The notes beneath the pieces were generated by a model. That model was not told the DNA's origin, searched no databases, and saw only the letters and a list, made by a program, of their open reading frames with translations. Below, one piece after another: positions 61,027-64,000 of a DNA stretch of 64,000 bases. The stretch is from the human T2T-CHM13v2.0 reference genome, Homo sapiens. How positions within the stretch are numbered: position 1 is the first letter of the stretch; each line of letters opens with the position of its first letter. Location of the stretch: assembly GCF_009914755.1 (NCBI RefSeq), contig NC_060932.1; one strand, 5' to 3'. Both the position numbers and the translations under genes were made by a program.

Positions 61027-61522
61027 TGTGGTAGACAGAATCATGGTCCCCCAAAGTGATCCATGTCCTAATCCCCAGAATGTGTAAACATGTTACTTTG
61101 CATAGCAAACAGATAAGACTGAATTAAGGATCTTGAGATTGAGAGATTATCCTGGGTCTGGGTTCTAGGTGGGCCCAAGGTAATCACCAGGGTTCGTACA
61201 AGAGGAGGGCAGGGCCTCATATTCAGAGAAACAGAAATGGTGATGGAAGTAGAGGTTAGAGTGAGACAATTGCAGGCTTTGAAGCTCAGAAGAGGACACT
61301 AGCCAAGGAATGTGGGTGGTGTTCTAGAAGCTGCAAAAGGCAAGAACACACATTCTTCCCTAGACCTCCAGAAAGAAAAACAGCCCTGTGGACACCTTTA
61401 TTTTAGCACTGTAAGACCCCTGTCAGACTTTTGACATCCAGAACTTCAAGAAAATTAATTTGTGTTGTTTTAAGCAACTGTTTTTTGGCAATTTGTTACA
61501 GTATCAATAGGAAAGGAATACA
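61027..61522 (+). mobile_element. MLT1D-like solo LTR
   Basis: TGTGGTAGACAGAATCATGG...GGAATACA; TSD GATCC. Confidence 0.82.
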
Positions 61523-62089
61523 GATCCCAAGTGTCTATCAACATATTGATGAATAAATAAACTGTAGTATATTTTACAATGGAATACTACTCAGCAATAA
61601 AAAGGAACAAACTATTGATAATTACAGTGCATGAAAAAAAGCCAGGTTAAAAAGAGAAAAAAGAAGACATGTTGTTTATAGTTAGTTTATAAGTTTATGT
61701 GTAATCCTTGTTTATAGTTATCCCTGGTTTATAATCTATCAAGTATGTATTAGATAGATGAAATGTTTATATGGGATACCCCCCAAAACATAACAAACAA
61801 ACAAAACTTGTGGAAAGAGGGGAATTTTATAAGTATAATTTCAAAGACAAAGAGTTATAGCATTTTTAAAAACCTCTATATTAAAAAAATCTATAAATCA
61901 AATTACAAACTAGAAAAATATTTGAATTGTATTAAATTGATAGAGAATTATCATTGAATGGTAGAGTTAAGGATGCTTTTCTGCAATGAATGTGCATTAC
62001 TTTTTGTAAAGAAGACAAATCTTAACAGAAATCCTGTTACTGTGGTAGTTGTATCAAAAATGAATTAGAGACCAGTATGGACATTTTAC

Positions 62090-63410
62090 CAAAGAAGATA
62101 CAAGGATGGCAAATAATTACACAGAAAGATGCTCTACATCATTAGTCACTGACAAATGCAAATTAAAGCTACAACAATATGGCACTACACATCTGTTAGA
62201 GTGGCTAAAATGAAAAAGACTAACCATACCAAGTGTTGGTGAAGACATGAAGCAACTGCAATTCTCACACTGCTGGAGGGACTATAAAATAGTACCACTG
62301 TTTTAGAAAACTTTGGCCATTTCTTAAAAGTTGAGCATACAGCTACTATTTGATTCAGCTGTTCTACTCCTAGGTGTTTCCCTCAAAAGAATGGAAGCAT
62401 ATGCCCATACAAAGACTTATATTCAAATGTTCATGGCAAGTTTACTTTTAATAGATCCAAAGTGGAAATAACCCAAATGCCATCAACAGATTTACGAATA
62501 AAACAATTGTAGTATATTCAGACAAAAGAATACTACTCAGCAATAAAAAGGAATAAATTACTGACATATCCAACAACATGGATAAACCTCAAAATAATAC
62601 CAGTGCGTTAAAAAAAATTTACAAAAAAGATGCACTGTATGATTCCATTTATAAAATTCTAAAAAATGCAAACTATAGTGACAGAAAGCAGATGAGTGGT
62701 GGCTGGAGATGGGGTGGAGTGGGGAGGGGCAAGAGGAAGAGATCACCAGGAACTTCAGGGGATGATAGATATGTTCACTAGCTTGATTGTGATGATGTTT
62801 TCACGGGTACACACATGCGTAAAAGCTTAAACTTATCAAATTATACACTAACCTTGTACAGTTTGTGGTATGCCAATCATACTTTAATAAAATGGTATTT
62901 AAAAGTGGCTTGACCATGAAAAAGCATGGAGAAAACTTAAATGCATATTACTAAGAGAAAAAAGCCAATCTGAAAAGACTATATACTGTGTGATTCCAAT
63001 TATATGGCATTCTTGAAAAGGCAAAACTGTGGATACAGTAAAAAGATCTGTGGTTGCCAGGGGTTAGTGAAGAGGGAGGGATGAATAGACAGAGTATAGA
63101 GGATTTTTAGGACAGTGAGAATACTCTTTATGACTCCATAATAATGGGTACATGTCCTTATGCATTTGTCCAAAGCCATAGAATGTACAATACCAAGAGA
63201 GAAGCCTAATGTAAATGATGGATGTAGGGTGATTAGTGCCAATGTAGGTTCATTGATTATAACAAATGCACCGCCACAGTGGGGGATGTTGATATTGGGG
63301 GAGGCTGTACGTGTGTGATGATGAAGGTATGTGGGAAATCGCTCTACTTTCTGCTCAACTTTTCTGTGAACCGAAAACTTCTCTAAAAAATAGTCTATTT
63401 TTAAAAGTGG
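62090..63410 (+). mobile_element. Old L1MB/MC/ME 3'-end fragments
   Basis: GAATACTACTCAGCAATAAAAAGGAA, ACTGTATGATTCCATTTATA and GAGGATTTTTAGGACAGTGAGAATACTC 3'-UTR motifs. Confidence 0.75.
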
Positions 63411-64000
63411 CTTGAACAATTAGGATATTTATTGTCTCCCAAATCAGGGGTCTGGTGGGTAGAGAGGATCAAAGGTTGGTTCAGTGGCTAAAAGTGCTAT
63501 TAAGGACACAGATGCTTCCCATCTTCTGGCTCTGTCCACCTTCATATTATAAAAAGTGTTGCAGTTGTTGAAGTCACACATGCGGGCAAAACAGCGTCCA
63601 GTAAAAATGAACAGTTTCCTTCCTATTCATCTTGTTTTAAGAGAGAGGAACGCTCTCCTATGAGCTCCCCATAGACTTCCCCTTGGGTCCCATTGGTCAG
63701 TGTTGAGTCTCATATCCATGATCTGACTGCAAGGAAGGGAGAGGGCTGCAGGGCGAGCACCCACTGGGGCCACACAGGCACTTGCAGAGTTCTGTGCCTT
63801 TACTCATGCTCCTTCCCTCTGGCTTCTCTTGGCTCTCCCTTGACCCACCTTCTTTCGCTGAGAGCATTCAGGAATCCTCCTTGCATCTCCCTCAGGCCTT
63901 TCTATGTAACTTTATCTTCCCTCTGTGTAGACTTTTTTATGTGTGTATCTGTCTTAACAGCCAGACATGAGCTTCTGCAATCTCTCCTCTTTCATCAGGG

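Overview
This is hominoid (probably human) genomic DNA made mostly of transposable elements. I can see no intact protein-coding gene, RNA gene or CRISPR array. Every ORF with recognisable homology is a broken retroelement frame. Main contents: (1) a minus-strand ERV1 (MER4-group) provirus with a tRNA-Glu PBS at 1-7416; (2) a dense nest of solo LTRs at 8-13 kb; (3) a ~6.2-kb deleted-type HERV-H provirus with LTR7Y-like LTRs at 13462-19634; (4) old L1M/L2 debris with Alus at 22-31 kb; (5) more LTRs; (6) a full-length but dead L1PA at 36141-42281 inside an MLT1 element; (7) a MIR-rich, more GC-rich distal part with a small CpG-rich patch near 57.5-57.9 kb. The most unusual structure is the HERV-H insertion. 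Both outer LTR ends are clipped (10 nt left, 17 nt right). There is no short TSD; instead an ~836-bp, ~98.7% identical direct duplication of host DNA flanks it, and the left junction looks like an LTR-end/LTR-start (2-LTR-circle) joint. A second oddity is a 169-bp copy of nearby DNA pasted into an AluJ 2.1 kb downstream. Repeat subfamily names come from recalled consensus sequences and mismatch counts were made by eye, so both need RepeatMasker/alignment confirmation. I do not see evidence for a novel gene system.
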